Positions 13,256 through 29,974 of a stretch of DNA of 64,000 nt are shown piece by piece (position 1 is the stretch's first letter; each line of letters begins with the position of its first letter). The notes beneath the pieces were generated by a model that searched no databases, had not been told where the DNA came from, and worked only from the letters and a program-made list of their open reading frames with translations. Position numbers and translations under genes: made by a program. This DNA is from the human T2T-CHM13v2.0 reference genome, Homo sapiens. The stretch lies in the NCBI RefSeq assembly GCF_009914755.1, contig NC_060930.1; one strand, given 5' to 3'.

Positions 13256-14923
13256 AACCTATATTATCATGGAGAAAATGTCCATAATATATTGTTAGGC
13301 AAAAGAAGGCAGGCCTGCCTCTAAATTCTATATATAATGATTTCATCTCTGTAAATGCATTACTGTGTCTGAGCATGTGTGAGTGGACAGAAAAAAATGT
13401 CTAGAAAGCTACACATGAAAATGTTCATTGTGGTTCTTTCCAAAAGGCAGGAGCAAAGACAATTTTAACTTCTTTCTAAATGTTTTACAAACACTATGTA
13501 CTATTCCTGTAAGTTTGTAAAGCAATTACATTGGAAAGCAAACACATTTGTGCATGTGCACACACACACATACACACACACGGGAGAAGCATACATTGGT
13601 TACAGAGGACCCGAGCAAGAGGTGAGGCCCAGTGACAGCTTACCCACCTTCCCAACAGCAGGCTGGTGCAGCTTCTTCACTCACAGACCGGCAATGCTGA
13701 GAGAAATAACAGAATGAGGTTTACACAGGCCTAGGACTCAGCAGCACCTCCTTCAGAACTCCTCCAAAAAAGGAAAATTCTAAAAACCAAAAGCTATTTC
13801 ACTGCCTCTCCAGAGCAGTCTTGGAATTATTTAATCCTCTGTGTTTGTTTTTAAATTATATTAGAATGTTCCAGAAAATGTAAAGCTAAACTAATACATA
13901 AAGTGCAGTCTTTTGCAACTAAAAATCCACTTTGCATAAAAAGCCTCATTCTCCCATGCCAGTATTAAACTGGAAGTCAGGATAACTGAATTCCACCCAA
14001 GATCCTAGGCCTGGCTTGGGGCACCGTCTTGATTCCTGCCCTCCTTCTCCATTCTGACAGCATATTCTGTATACAGGTGCCCATAGGAAACCAACCCAGT
14101 GACTTACACATCCCCTGTCACCTGTAAATCACCGAGGTGCCATTAATCAACAATATGCATCCAGTGAGGGCCAACTCTGGGCCCAGCATGGGCAGGTGCT
14201 ATGAGGTGGAAAAAAAGGAAACAAAAGATAAAGTCAGCCTTCAGAGAAGGACTAACACACAAGAAACAAGGAAGAAAACAATTGCACTCCCTTAACGGCA
14301 CAGTGCTTACTATATGTGTAATGAGAGTTCTAAGAAAAATGAGGTAAGTGTGGGCAAGAAGGCTGCGAGGAAGAGGGTGGGCTCATGCTCAGGCTGAGCC
14401 AGCAGCAGACCAGGGTGCTGAGGTTGGAGACAGGAGGTGGACCTCAGCACCTGTCACCTCAGGACTGTGGGCAGAGCCACCCCAGCCACTACCGATTCCC
14501 CTGCCCCTGCCTTCCAGGCAGGGGGTGCTGCTTTGACCAGTTAATCGGTTGCCCACTTACTGAGCACCACGTGTGCACAAACAGCCTCCTGCACAGGGGG
14601 CCGACTCCCCCTGAAGGCAGATGAATTCTAACTCTCTGTGACAGAAGCTTTCACATCTCAGTTGATTTCAGGAGCCAACCAGAGCCAGAGAGGAAGAGAA
14701 GCATGTGCATCTATGTCCAGCTCCAAGAACTCTGGTCAATCCACAGCGATCCAGAGCAATGCTCTAGAAAGGCCTCTATTAGAAATGCAAGCAAGGCTCA
14801 GGTAGAAGCAGTGGAGAAGGCAGAAAGAGGAGGAAAGAGGCCAAGTCAAGGACATTGCAAAGGGAAAAGGAATTTCAAAAGATGGCTTTGCAGGGGGCAG
14901 AAAAGAGAGCAAGTGGCATCTAA

Positions 14924-15005
14924 AGAGACCAACCATCCTAGAACTCAGGACTTTCATACTAAAACCAGGACAGTCCCAAGCAAACCAGGACGAGTTGGTC
15001 AACCC
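14924..15005 (+). mobile_element. MER94, internally deleted
   Basis: GACCAACCATCC...GGACTTTCATACTAAAACCAGGACAGTCCCAAGCAAACCAGGACGAGTTGGTCA. Confidence 0.8.
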
Positions 15006-16388
15006 AGCCATACCATCCTCAGGGATGCTATGAAGTTGCCTGATAACTGGGTACTCTTTCTCCCATCCTTTGTGGAACTGTCATTGCTCGTTAGCACCCC
15101 TGGGGCCAATGGAAAGGAAGAAGTGGTCAACCCAGGGAGGTGACTACTGTGTCCTTCCTGCTGTCCTCCTGGCTTGTATCCTCTCATCTCAACCATGGAG
15201 GTTTCCAAAGGGGCTCAGGTAGAATAAAATGCTTTATTGCTGTTCTTAAAATAAAACCTAGAATCACAGCCACTATCCTTTATTCCACTGTTTCACAGAC
15301 ACGAGCTTATCAGCCATCCAGTTGGGAGAGGACCCCATGTATCCCTCTTGGAGAAATAAGCACCTTATCTGTAACAAACTTGGAAATCAGAAGAAGCTGG
15401 AGGGGTTGGCACACTCAGCTCTTGAAGCCATCTCCATTCATTCTCCATCTCCCTCTTCCTTCTTAGAGCTTCAGTTCCCACCCACCTCTCCCAAAGGCAG
15501 GCTCTAAGAGAGTACTCCACCCACATAATCTGTTCATTCAACGAGGATTTACTGAGCATTTACTATGTGGCAGAAAGTTTGTTAGGCAAGATTCAGAACA
15601 CAAAGCACAATAAGACACAATCTATGCCTTCCAAGAATTTATGGTTCAGTTGATGGGGAGAGGGAGTGGAGGTGTGGGCAAGGATGGTGTAGAGGTGAGA
15701 ATCATTCAATTATTCAACACATATTTACTTTCCTCTTAATATGTGCCAAGAACTGTACTGAGAGAATGTAGATAAGTAATGGAACAACTGCAAAACCATG
15801 TATAAATGCTGGTCATGTCGGAGACCTCAGGACAGCAACCGCCCCAGCCACCGAGGCAAATACCAACTGATCACCGCTTCTCCTTCGCATGGCAGTATGT
15901 GCTGTGGAGGACTAAAAACAAAAGAAAAGCGGTAAGACCAAGCCCTGACCTCAAAGAGTGAACCAAATGATCAAGGAGATAAAACCCCCACAAATAAAGC
16001 AATTCGCAAACCACCAGGTATGGTGAAGAGCTAACTGTGGGACACAGAACTTCAGCACAAGGAGCAACAGAGCTGGACAAAGTCTGCAGAGCTTCCCAGA
16101 GGGAGCGGAGGTAAAACCTGAGAAGTAATACCGAACGGGGAGCATTTTCCAGGCAGGAAGAACATAACAGGTATCTGTGATTTTTCTCAAAAATCAAAGG
16201 TGAATGTATAGTTATTACTGAAAGTGTTTCTAAATGGCACACCTATCCACGCATCTTTGGCTTGAGTAAATAGGAACCTTGCCAATAGTGACCTTCACAA
16301 ATGTGAGTTACACTGGAATAGAAAGATGGGCATCAAATCTAACTTCAGCTGTCCACACTATGAAGGTGGGGAATTGAAACATACTTAA

Positions 16389-16825
<437 letters not shown>

Positions 16826-18459
16826 TAAACAAATTTCATCCTTCTGTTAGAAGAACACTCCACAACTCAGAGAAAGAGAAACTGAATTACCGGGGACGAT
16901 CCACGTATTAATAACTGGGAATCGACCACATTGGTTTTTGCTATAATGATATTCACTAAGTATGAGCAGAAAGGCCACCTTTGGTCTAATGGTACACTGG
17001 TCACTCAATAACAAGTTAACAACCATTGACTGACTATTTAATGAAGAACACTGCAATGGTGCTAAAGGAATGGAAGGGAGGGAGCAGTGGGAAAGATTAG
17101 TTAGAAGGAAGGCAGGATACAGTGAAAAGAAGTGGAAGACTCACGAGATAGTGAGTCTGGTCCCAGCTCCACCACTGCAAAGTCTTGAGTAAGTTGATCC
17201 CACCTTTACTTCCGCATCCATGAACATGTCCTATCTATCTCTCAGGGTCATTTATAGTTGAAATGAGGTAGTGTAAGCCTAAGTGCTTGGAACTGCAGAA
17301 GGCTCTGTATAATGCACCGTGAGGATTTGGAGGTACCTACTTCCCCAGCTTCACTAACTACCCTGTCTACTTTCCCAAGAGTCTTCTGAATCTCTCAATT
17401 TGTCCAATCCTCTCAGACAGTAACTGTTTCAGGGGAGCACAGGGGCCAAGGGAACCCAGTCAGGGGCAACTAAACTCAATTCCAGACCTTTGGGTGGCCC
17501 ATCAAGGAAGCTGTCTTTTTTTTTTTCCACTGGAAAAACTGGTTTTGGGGCATCTCAGCTGAGCCCTGGGTAAAGCCTCACCTGAGGCCGGAATCTACCC
17601 CTAGATTGTTCAACCACATAGGCCAATACATTTTCTTCTTCTGCTTGAACCAGTCTGGGTTGGTTTTCAGGTAATCAACTAACTGATAGGGAATGAATGA
17701 AAATATGGTTAAAGTAATGCTATAAACCCTTCTAACTCCTCACGAAACCTGTGGCTCCATAAGCTACCCAGTGAACCATTTCCTACCTGGTGTCCTGAAG
17801 GAGGTGAAGATATGAAAAAGATCACTCAAGGAACAAAAAGAAGAAAGACAATCATAAGCAATAAAACCAAAGTGATTACTGGGTCTGCCTTTATTTGCTT
17901 CCTATCTTCTAAGACCAGGGAGGGTCACAGTGATGGAGGGGGTAAAACCCTTCAATGGTAAGCCAAAGAATTAGTGTCTATCTCAGCTCTGCTTCTGCCT
18001 GTTTTCTCCAGATGTTTACCTATTCTCTTTCATGGTAACCGCCGAAGAGCCCAGAGGAACAATACCAATATCCCACTGATTTATTTTATATCTTAAAAAA
18101 TTACTCAGGTCCTGCAGTACTGAGCTCATGTTCAAATTAAGTTTGCTGAAAATCTAATTTGGGATGAGTAATTTAATTTGGCTACTACAATTAAAAGTGG
18201 TGCAGTATTTGTGTTTTAGAGGAAAATCGTATTAGATTCACCTAATCTTATTAGTGGACTATCATATTTAGATTGCATTCTATCTGGAACAGATACATAC
18301 TAGATTGATTTCTTTCATAAATCATTTGGGAGACCAAAGGGACTAGACTTCTCCCTGCTCCTTGACCACCCACCCGACGCAGGTCAGTGCAGTCAGTGAA
18401 TGCAAAAGAGGCCTCACTGAGAAGCCCACTGCACAGCTCTGGAATTCACTCATCCAACA

Positions 18460-18580
18460 CATCCACCTAGAACAAGCCCTCACGTTTTGCAGATGAGTAA
18501 ATGAGGCCCAGAGTGAACATGTGATTTGCTTCGGGTCACATGGTCAGTTAGTTAGTGACAGAGCTAAAACTACATTTAAT
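18460..18580 (-). mobile_element. MIR
   Basis: GTTTTGCAGATGAGTAAATGAGGCCCAGAG...GGTCACATGG...TTAGTGACAGAGC. Confidence 0.75.
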
Positions 18581-19822
18581 TTCCCTGCGCCACAGTTTGT
18601 GTCCCTGATGCTCCAACACATGTGTTCTTTATAAGCTCTAACACGAAAAATGGCCAGATGGCCCCTGAGGCCCCGCTATTACTCACTTGGTTAAAGCATG
18701 GAGTCATCAGATGCCACCTCTCAGCCTGCCTCTCTGCCTCTCTGAAGTTCCTAGGGAAGGAAAGGGGCATGGAGAAGCTGATCTCACTATCTCCATGGAT
18801 AACTTAGACCAGTGCCCCAAATCCTTCCTGTCAAGTCCATCTTCTTGATGACGAGTTTAAACCCCCTCACTCCCAGGTAACAAAAATTCACATTAAGGAC
18901 ATTCAAACCCTATGACAGGTCAGGAAAAAGAGTCTGGTTTGCGTTTTAAAATGTTATTAATCTCAGGAGTACTGTTAACTGGGCAGACTCAATGGGTATA
19001 ATACCACACATCGGGGCTCCAACTGCAGAGTTTAACCTAAGAAAATGAGGTTATGAAGCAAAAACATGAAAATAAGCTAGATAAGAACACTTGCAACATA
19101 TGACAAGTGAATACACACACCGCATAAAAATCCCTTGTACATGATTTTTCAAAAGATGGAGCACTGCAAAATAAAAATGAGAAAAGACCCAAAGAGGCAA
19201 TTCTCTCTCTCTCACTCTCTCCCTCTCTCTCACACACACAAACACACACACACACACACAGATTACTGATGGCCTCATGAAAAATGTTCAAATGCATTAG
19301 TAAGCAAAGCTTGCAAACTGAAACAACACGATACTATTTTCAACGATCAAATTGGCAAAAACTGAAACAACTATAATGTTCACGATAGTCAAGGATGCCC
19401 TGAAATAGAAATCCTCAGATGCTACTGATGACTGTAAATTAGTCCACATTTCTGAAGGGCCATCTGGTGATATGGATCACTAGCCTTAATACTGAGTTCA
19501 CTCCCAAGAATATTCCCTGATGAAATAATCAGAGGAATACTCCAAGATTTATGTGCAGAGACATTTATAGCAGCAATATTCATACTAATAAAAATCTAGA
19601 AAAATCCAATGGTACTGTAATAGAAAAATAAAGAAATGATACATCAATACAAGGAATAATATGTCGGCTTTAAAACTCATGTTTTTGAAAAAGATTTAAA
19701 GACACAGGGAAATGTTCACAAAATTATGCTAAAACTCAAAGCTATTAATAGGATGGTTCTATTTTGTGAAGAAAAATATATAGCATATGCATTATATAGA
19801 TCATGTGCTTTATAAATACAGT

Positions 19823-20584
<762 letters not shown>

Positions 20585-21257
20585 ACACACAGAAAAACTA
20601 CTGAAAGGAAAACAACCAAATTTTATCTGATGCACTGTATGTTAGTCAAATTATAGGTATATTTTTAAAATGTATTTGATTTGACCACAAACATATCTTA
20701 TTTGGTAACCAAAAAGTTACTGAAATAAAAAAGCAGACTTTAGGTAGCAGTGTTATATGGTGAAATCTTAAAATAGTGAATATGGTTACAAACATTAAAA
20801 TGTAGAAAATTACAAGGGCTCAAAGGAAAAAAAATCTAGACGTACAACCTTTAGCAAGATCTACTTAAACAATTCTGGACAAATGATTGTACAAAAATGA
20901 ACCAAGGTTAGAATCCTTTAATATGTAAAGAGCCCTTGTGAGCCAATTAAGTGAGAGATAAATATAATAACTGGGGGGGAAAGACATAATCACTTAGTTA
21001 TAAAATATGAAACGTAAATGATATATAAAAAGATTTTCAAACTCATTAATAATCAAATACATGCAAATGAAAATGAGATCATCTTTATCTCTTTATCAGA
21101 TTTATACATTTAAAATATTGTGAATATAGGATCCAACATTGCTAAGATTATCGTGAAATGGGTAATCATATACACTGAAAAAAGGAGTTTAAAATTGTAT
21201 CATAATTCCAATGAGTAATTTGGCATGACAACAGGAAAAAAATGCCTTAGCTTTCCC

Positions 21258-21437
21258 AGGCAGGGTGCAGTGACTCAAACCTGTAAACTCATCACTTTGT
21301 AGTCCTAGCTACTTGGGAGGCTGGGCTTGAGCCCAGGAGTTCGAGGCTGCAGTGAGCTGTGATCACACCACTGCACCTTGGCCTGGGCGACAGAATGAGA
21401 CTCCATTTCAAAAAACACAAACAAAAAACAACCAAAA
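21258..21437 (+). mobile_element. AluJ with large internal deletion (left-arm 5' end fused to right arm)
   Basis: ...CACTTTG joined directly to TAGTCCTAGCTACT; GAGTTCGAGGCTGCAGTGAGC. Confidence 0.85.
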
Positions 21438-21543
21438 CCCCCTTTGATTTTCTAGATATTTGTTGAAAGAAATAATTAAACAAGTATGCAAAGTATACAC
21501 CAGAGTTGTTTGAATAGGAAGATGGAAAAAAAAAACAACTCAG

Positions 21544-21858
<315 letters not shown>

Positions 21859-24484
21859 GACAACTCAGCTATCTATCTGTAAGGAGCTGGTTAAATACAT
21901 TATGATATATGTGTGTTTGTGTATTCATGTACTGAAACAATGTACAGACATTAAAATTATGCTGAAGATCTAAATGAACAAAGCATAAAAATGCTCATAA
22001 GGTAAAAAAGCAGGCTATAAAGCAATTCAAGTAGTATAATTTCTTTATTGTTTAAAAAATGTGTGTGTGCGTGTATACATATAAACATAGTTATAAATGC
22101 ATAAGAAAAGATTATGGGAGGATTTTAATAAAAATCGTGATGGTAGTTCTGGAATTATATATTTGCTATATTTTATAAGCTTTCAACAATGGATATGTAT
22201 TACTTTAATTTTTTTATGTTTGATTGTGAAAAATTTCAAACGTACACAAAAGTAGCTAGAATATATGTACCCATTACCAGCTTGGATGAAGATCTTCAGG
22301 GGTCTCAGTGTAAGAGCTGGAATGTGGCCAGAGGCCCTTTGTGAGGCATGGGTGGGATTGGGGTTTGGATCCAGCTGCCTTGGAGGGTGATTGTGTCAGT
22401 GCTTGGGGGAAGGGTCCAGATGCAGCCTGCAGAGCCATGAGAGGGCATATTTCTTATTACTGCTGAATTTGTACATTTTCTATATATTTGTTTAGTGTTG
22501 TATTTAGTTATCTACTCAAGTGTTCTAACAAGGTTTAGTACTTTTCTTTTTAATTTGAGCACTTTGCAGTGTAAAGATTAATTCTGTCATATTATTGCCA
22601 GTCTTTCCCCAGTCTGTTGTTTCCCTTTTTTTTTTTCACATAAACGCTTCATTTTCCTGTAGTTTGATTGACTATTCTTTTCCTTTTTGAATGCTTTTCT
22701 TTTGTTTCTAAGTAATATTCAATGCTATAGATTTCCTATGCCTCTACATTTTGCACTTTAATTGTTTAATCCATCTGTAATTCATTTTGGTGAAGCCAAA
22801 ATGATTTTTCCCAAATTGTTAATGAGGCATCAGAATTATTTATTGAATAATTTTTCCTTCCCCACTGATTTGTGATGACTGCTTTATGATTTATTAAATT
22901 ATTTATGCAAGGGTCTATTTCTGAACTATCCTAGTTCACTAATCTACTTCCTCCTTTTATGACAGCACCACAGTATTTTAATTACAAAGACTTTATATTG
23001 CATTTTAATACCTCATAGTGCTATATATTTTAATATCCAATAGATCTAACTCCCTTTCCCCAAAACCACTTTCAGAATTCCCCCGATGTTCTCATCTATT
23101 TATTTTTCCAAGCAGACATAGAAACATCTTGTGAAATTTAAAACATCCTGATGGGACTTTCAGAGGAATGGTACTAGACTCATGAACTAATTTGAGAAGA
23201 ATCCAAATCCTTAGTTTCAAGCTCATTATCTAGAAATAGGGTTTTTAGTAAAACTCTTTAAGTCTTCTTCATCTACAACTAAGCAATCTGTAGTTAATAA
23301 TAACTTTGTCATTTTTCTTTATAATATTTATTCTCCAAGTTACTATTTTATGACTCTCTGCATTGACTAAAACTTGAAGAGGTAACGAGTGATGCCTTTA
23401 TTGTTTCACCAGTAAGTATATAGCGGCAGTGGGCTGCATGAACCTGATATTCCTTATAATATTAAAGATTGGTCACTTTATATATTCCTCTTAAAGTGGT
23501 ATATAAAAACTTAAAAACTGATTGAATACACTTTTGGAATTAATGAGGTTATTACATATCTTTATTTGAACAACTTATATGAACCATAGGAAAATATATG
23601 TATATGAAGCTATTCCTGCATTCCAGGAATATAATCTATTTGGTTATGGTAGAACATTCACATACTCTATTGTTGAAATCTACTCGCTAGAATTTTATTT
23701 AAAACTTTTACATTCCTAAGTGAGACTGGTATAGATCCTCCCTCTGGGGACTTGCCTGTTTTGATATCAGGGCCTTGCTTGCTTGAAAGAAGGATCTGGA
23801 AGTTTTCCATCTTTTTTCTCAATCCCGCAACAGTTTATATAACATAGGAATTATCTGTTCCTTGAGAGTTTAAAAGGATTTTCAAAGGCCTTTTTATATC
23901 TTAAAATATTCCACCTGGCACAGGGGTGTATGAGTGTGTGTGTGTCCACGTGGACATTACCATGTTAGTATACATTTAGAATGACATGTAAGATACTGAT
24001 CTCAAATGGAACAGCTCTATTATAATTTATGGCCATTCTTTCCCCCATGAAAAGGGAGTAAATGCCCAAGATGATAAAGTGTTCAGAAAAAAACACATTT
24101 TCCCAGGCTTTGGTTCCAAGAGCCTCCTTTTAAGAGGCACATGAAGGTTATAGAAGGTGATCATGGAATATTGGATGTGTTGAACCATTCAAATTTCATT
24201 GAGGCTGACCAAGTTGGCAACCACAACTTTACCACTGACATTCGGAACTAGGAAAGCTGAGACCTGGAGAGACAAGGAGAACCTCTGTCTAGCCCCAGGT
24301 CACCTCCAGCTCTGTGGTAAAGGTCTTCCAACTTCCCATTTTATTGTGCCATCTGCAGCCTAGGATGCTTCCCCTCTTCCACAACAAGGAACACTTGTCG
24401 CTCTAAGGCTTTCTGTACTGCAGGGCCCCTGGACCAGTGACCCTATAAGCACTTCACAGGCACCACAAATAAAGACTCAAGAGT

Positions 24485-25176
<692 letters not shown>

Positions 25177-25287
25177 AGAATGTTGTGGTAATGTCTGTCA
25201 AAAAGCACAATGTCGTCTGCCGTGGAGCAAGATATGCCTTGAGAGAAACCAGTGGTAAGGGGTCTGAACAAATTAAGACCCAATGTT

Positions 25288-25654
<367 letters not shown>

Positions 25655-26248
25655 CTACTAGAAGGACTCAAACGGTAACGCTTTGCCTAAGAATGCGGTT
25701 AACAGACAATAACTGTAGGTGTTAGTGTGCCACAGAATGGTCTTCTTTTTATTGAGAAAGCCACATCTGAGATCACGTCCTTGTTTACAGGAGACCCATG
25801 AAACGTTAGAATTAGGACACCTTTTGCCAGTCAAGGTGATGAGCATTAGGATAGTCCTGCAGGAAGGCAACCAACTTGCTTTGGCTCCAGGATTCCATGA
25901 TTCCATTCACAATTTCACACGGGCGAGCGAGCAGTCTTTCTGTCCCAGTCAACAAGGACAGAGGGGTTACTTTCACACCAGTCATGGCCTAACACAGAAG
26001 CTTAATCCTGACTGGAAGGCAAAGTGTGTTTGTGGCAAAGCCAGGCAGACGTGTAATGAAAGCAGAATGAGTAATGTTTAGTTAAGCTTCTGGATGGCAG
26101 GGGTGGTTGGGTGTATGTTTGGGGATTTTTAATGACTCCAAAAGGCGTCTTAAAAAGTCACACTATTTTGGCAGTTCTGAGATGCAACTTTTGCTACAAG
26201 TACTAACACCAGCAAGTGACTGCTACAAGTATTAATACTAGCACTTAC

Positions 26249-26360
26249 CGGCAACATTTCTCACAAGCACCCCTTCCTTTCTGGGGCTCCTGGGATCAAA
26301 CCAAGTTTTCTGCATATGTGGGGGGTTGGGGGTGGGGTTGGCACACACACCCTTTCCCAC
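26249..26360 (-). other. TRERF1: 112-nt internal exon, probably non-coding 5'UTR exon
   Basis: Minus strand: branch-like TCTGAC ~30 nt upstream, acceptor GCCTCTGTAG|GTGGG, consensus donor CCG|GTAAGT; unique, repeat-free flanks. Gene symbol is tentative. Confidence 0.75.
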
Positions 26361-27685
26361 CTACAGAGGCATACCATACAACTGAAAGTCAGATCAAATT
26401 GAAGACATTTATCATTTTTAGGGTTAAATAGTGGAAAAGGAAAAACTGTTGACACACTTTCTAATTTGAACTACTTAGGTATTGCAAGATTTTCTTCCTG
26501 CTGGTGGAAAATTAAACTAACAATTCTAAGTTAATGACTGCAGGGTAAACGGCTCCTTCCTTATAAAATAAATTGGGTTTATCAAAACTTGTATTAAAAT
26601 GGATTTTCCCCCAACTTTAACTTATAAATCCAATCAAGATATGACTCTAGAGAACTCTTAGGCTCCAAGTGAGGCTTCAAAAAGTAGGGTGTATTTCCCT
26701 ACAGTTGCACATTCAGCAGCTAACTCCACATCACCAGGTGGGCACCTGACACCTGGAGGGCAAATGCGGGGCAGTGCCCACCCTCCCTTGGTGGAGTTTT
26801 CACAGGTGATGTCAGAAAAATAAGAACAATGTAGTAAATTATTCCTAAAGCTGAGTGTTTTCTATTTAAAGATTTTTGTTTTGTTCTTATATTATCTTTT
26901 CCTACTACTTTGGCATCAAGATGGTTTTTTCATAAAAGCTTTGTGATGAGTGTTAAGAGTTTTTAAAATGTCCTAACTTGGCAAAATAAAAAAGACTGGG
27001 AGCCCTAGGTCAATGACCTAAAGCTTTTTTTTTTTTTTTTTTTTCTCCTAGTGCTTTCTGGGTCCAGGCAATCTTCATTTGAGAACCACTAGTTTACAGC
27101 ACTCTCTGAGCCAAGGAATTTGGAGTCAACCAGTGCTCATCTAGGTATCAAAATGGTGGCAAGCCCCAAGTGCAACTAACAACCTACAGAAGACGGAAGT
27201 CTAACTTTAGTCAACACTCAGGGAGTGGGGATGAAGAATGTAGTCTTCAAAGCTCCTGGCCACTATGGAACACTGTTCTCCTGCTGCACCCTACATGCTC
27301 ACCCCTCCATCGTCAAAGCCTCCTCCTCCTGGTTCTGGAACAGGTGGTAAAGCTTTTGGAGGCCCTGTGCCAACCAGTGCTCTCCGCACCGTTAATCTGG
27401 GAACCCCAAATCAAGATGCTTGACCCTCCTGGGATTCTGAGAGGTCAGCCCTGTGGCACCAGAGGCTTTCTGGAATGATTCATCATATTGTCAGCTGAAA
27501 TTCTACTGAAGTGGATGCCCAAGACTAGTTTCTCAGTACTGCAGTATCTCACTCAATCCCAGTGATCCGAAAATCCATCCATCCTCCCAGGACAGTCTGA
27601 CTGTGTAGCTGGTTCAGGAAACCAAAGGCAAGCGGGGGTCACTCATCCCTCCAGAGCCTCCAGACTGAGAATAAGGAAAAAAATC

Positions 27686-28017
<332 letters not shown>

Positions 28018-28369
28018 TCATGAGGTCATGACAGGCCATCAACTATTTAAGAGATTTTTCAACTAAGAATATAAGAACATATTGCCATAAAATTTTAAAA
28101 TCCCTATATTCTAGAGGTTCTATCTATTTTCAGTTGTATGCTCCTTAAACTTATCTGTATTTAGGCTTCCCCCAAAATGAATTCTAACAGAAAAAAAAAA
28201 CTTCGGTAAAAAAAGAATCCATAAACACTAAATATTTTAATACCTTTATTTACCTCCTCTCTAACAGAACTAATCAGCAGCAGATAATATATTTGTTACG
28301 AAGAGAATTAATTTTCTAGTTAAACATGCACATAAAAACATAAAGGTGACAATATTTGGCAATATATGA

Positions 28370-28510
28370 CACTAATAAAGGTAACATTTATTGGGCTATC
28401 CACTGGGCTAAGCGCTTGACTCAGATCACCTCAGTTAATCCTTACAGCAAACCTATAAAGTAGGTGCTATTCTTATTTCCATTTTATAGATGAGCTTATA
28501 AATGAGGAAC
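28370..28510 (-). mobile_element. MIR
   Basis: TTAATCCTTACAGCAAACCTAT...CCATTTTATAGATGAG. Confidence 0.8.
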
Positions 28511-29009
28511 CTCATTACTGTAATTTAATCTTCACCAACCCAGAATTTGAGTTCAGTGTTTACTCTGGCTATTAAAAGGTTGAATAAGCAAATTAGAAAT
28601 TAAACGGGATTTCAGAAGATATATTTAACCTACTAGAAGGTCGTACGTTTTAAGACATACTGAAAAACAGATGCTAACTGCTTCCAACAGGATGTGTTTG
28701 GGAAGATCCTGCCTGACACTATACCACATTAAAACACTTGAAGATTCAAACTTTTACTAGTTAAGGTTGAGTGTCCTCTCACTATTATCCCCAATGACTG
28801 GTCCAAGTTAGTAAGGTATTATTCTACTTCTATGGGTGGTACAGTATGGTGGATGTCAGCTGCGGCTCCCAAGTTCTATTTCCCTCCTACCCTGACAAAG
28901 TGTCCAGAACTCTACACACCCCCAGCCTCCCCACAGCCTGGTGCAGGAGCCAGTCTGGTGCAGAAGCCAGCCTGAGGATGAACTGACCCAGGGAGGAAGG
29001 AGTGGAGAG

Positions 29010-29046
<37 letters not shown>

Positions 29047-29243
29047 GATGGTTTAGGATACTGCTGAGCTGCTGGTTCACACCCACCCTGCAGTCCACCC
29101 TATCCCTGCACATGGCAGGTACATGAGCTGATTAATCAATTCATTGTGCCGTGGGAGCCCCTGAGTTAGGTTTTCTGGTATTCAGAATTAGGATTTTTGG
29201 TAGTCAGCCTGAAAGAATCCAAACTGATAAATGGGAAACGAGC

Positions 29244-29604
29244 TTCTATGGCCTGAATGTTTTGTGTCTCTCCCAGATTCATGTGTTGGAATCCTAATCC
29301 CCAAAGTGATAGTGTTAGGGATGAAGCCTTTGGGAGGTGATCAGGTCTTGAGGGTGAAGCCCTCATGAACAGGGTTAGTGCCCTTATTCAGGAGGTCTGA
29401 GAGAGCTCTGGTCCCTTCCATGACGTAAGGACACAAGAAGTTGTCAGTCTGCAACGTGAAAGCAACCCTCACCAGAACCTGACCATACTGGCACCCTCAT
29501 CTCAGACTTCCAGCCTCCAGAACTGTGAGAAATATGATTTGTTGGTGGTTATAAGCCTCCACATCTATGGCATTCTGTTATAATAGCCCAAACAGACTAC
29601 GATG
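29244..29604 (+). mobile_element. MLT1A0/MST-type MaLR solo LTR
   Basis: GCCTTTGGGAGGTGATCAGGTC; CAGACTTCCAGCCTCCAGAACTGTGAGAAAT. Confidence 0.88.
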
Positions 29605-29974
29605 TGTGTGAATCCACAGTCTCTTCCTGGCACTTACTCAGATTTTGTTTTATGTTGTTTTTTGGGTTTTTTTGTTTGTTTGTTTTTAAACTGTTTCAAA
29701 TGTTTTGTGTTGTTTTTCCCGAGAAAATGTAAGGGGCTTTCGAGAAACACTTTCATGAATTAATGAGTGGCCTTGGGCAAATCCCTTGACTTCCCTGGGT
29801 CTTTTCAAGTCTGAAAAGGACTGGGATCTCCGTTGCTCCTACCATCCCTCACAGCCGGCACATCTACGTAGCTGACCTCACAATGCAAAGTTTCACTCAA
29901 ACATACACAAAAGCCTCTTTTGGTCTAAAGTAGAAACGTCCTTATAATCCAAGTGACCTGCAACTCTTGACTCT

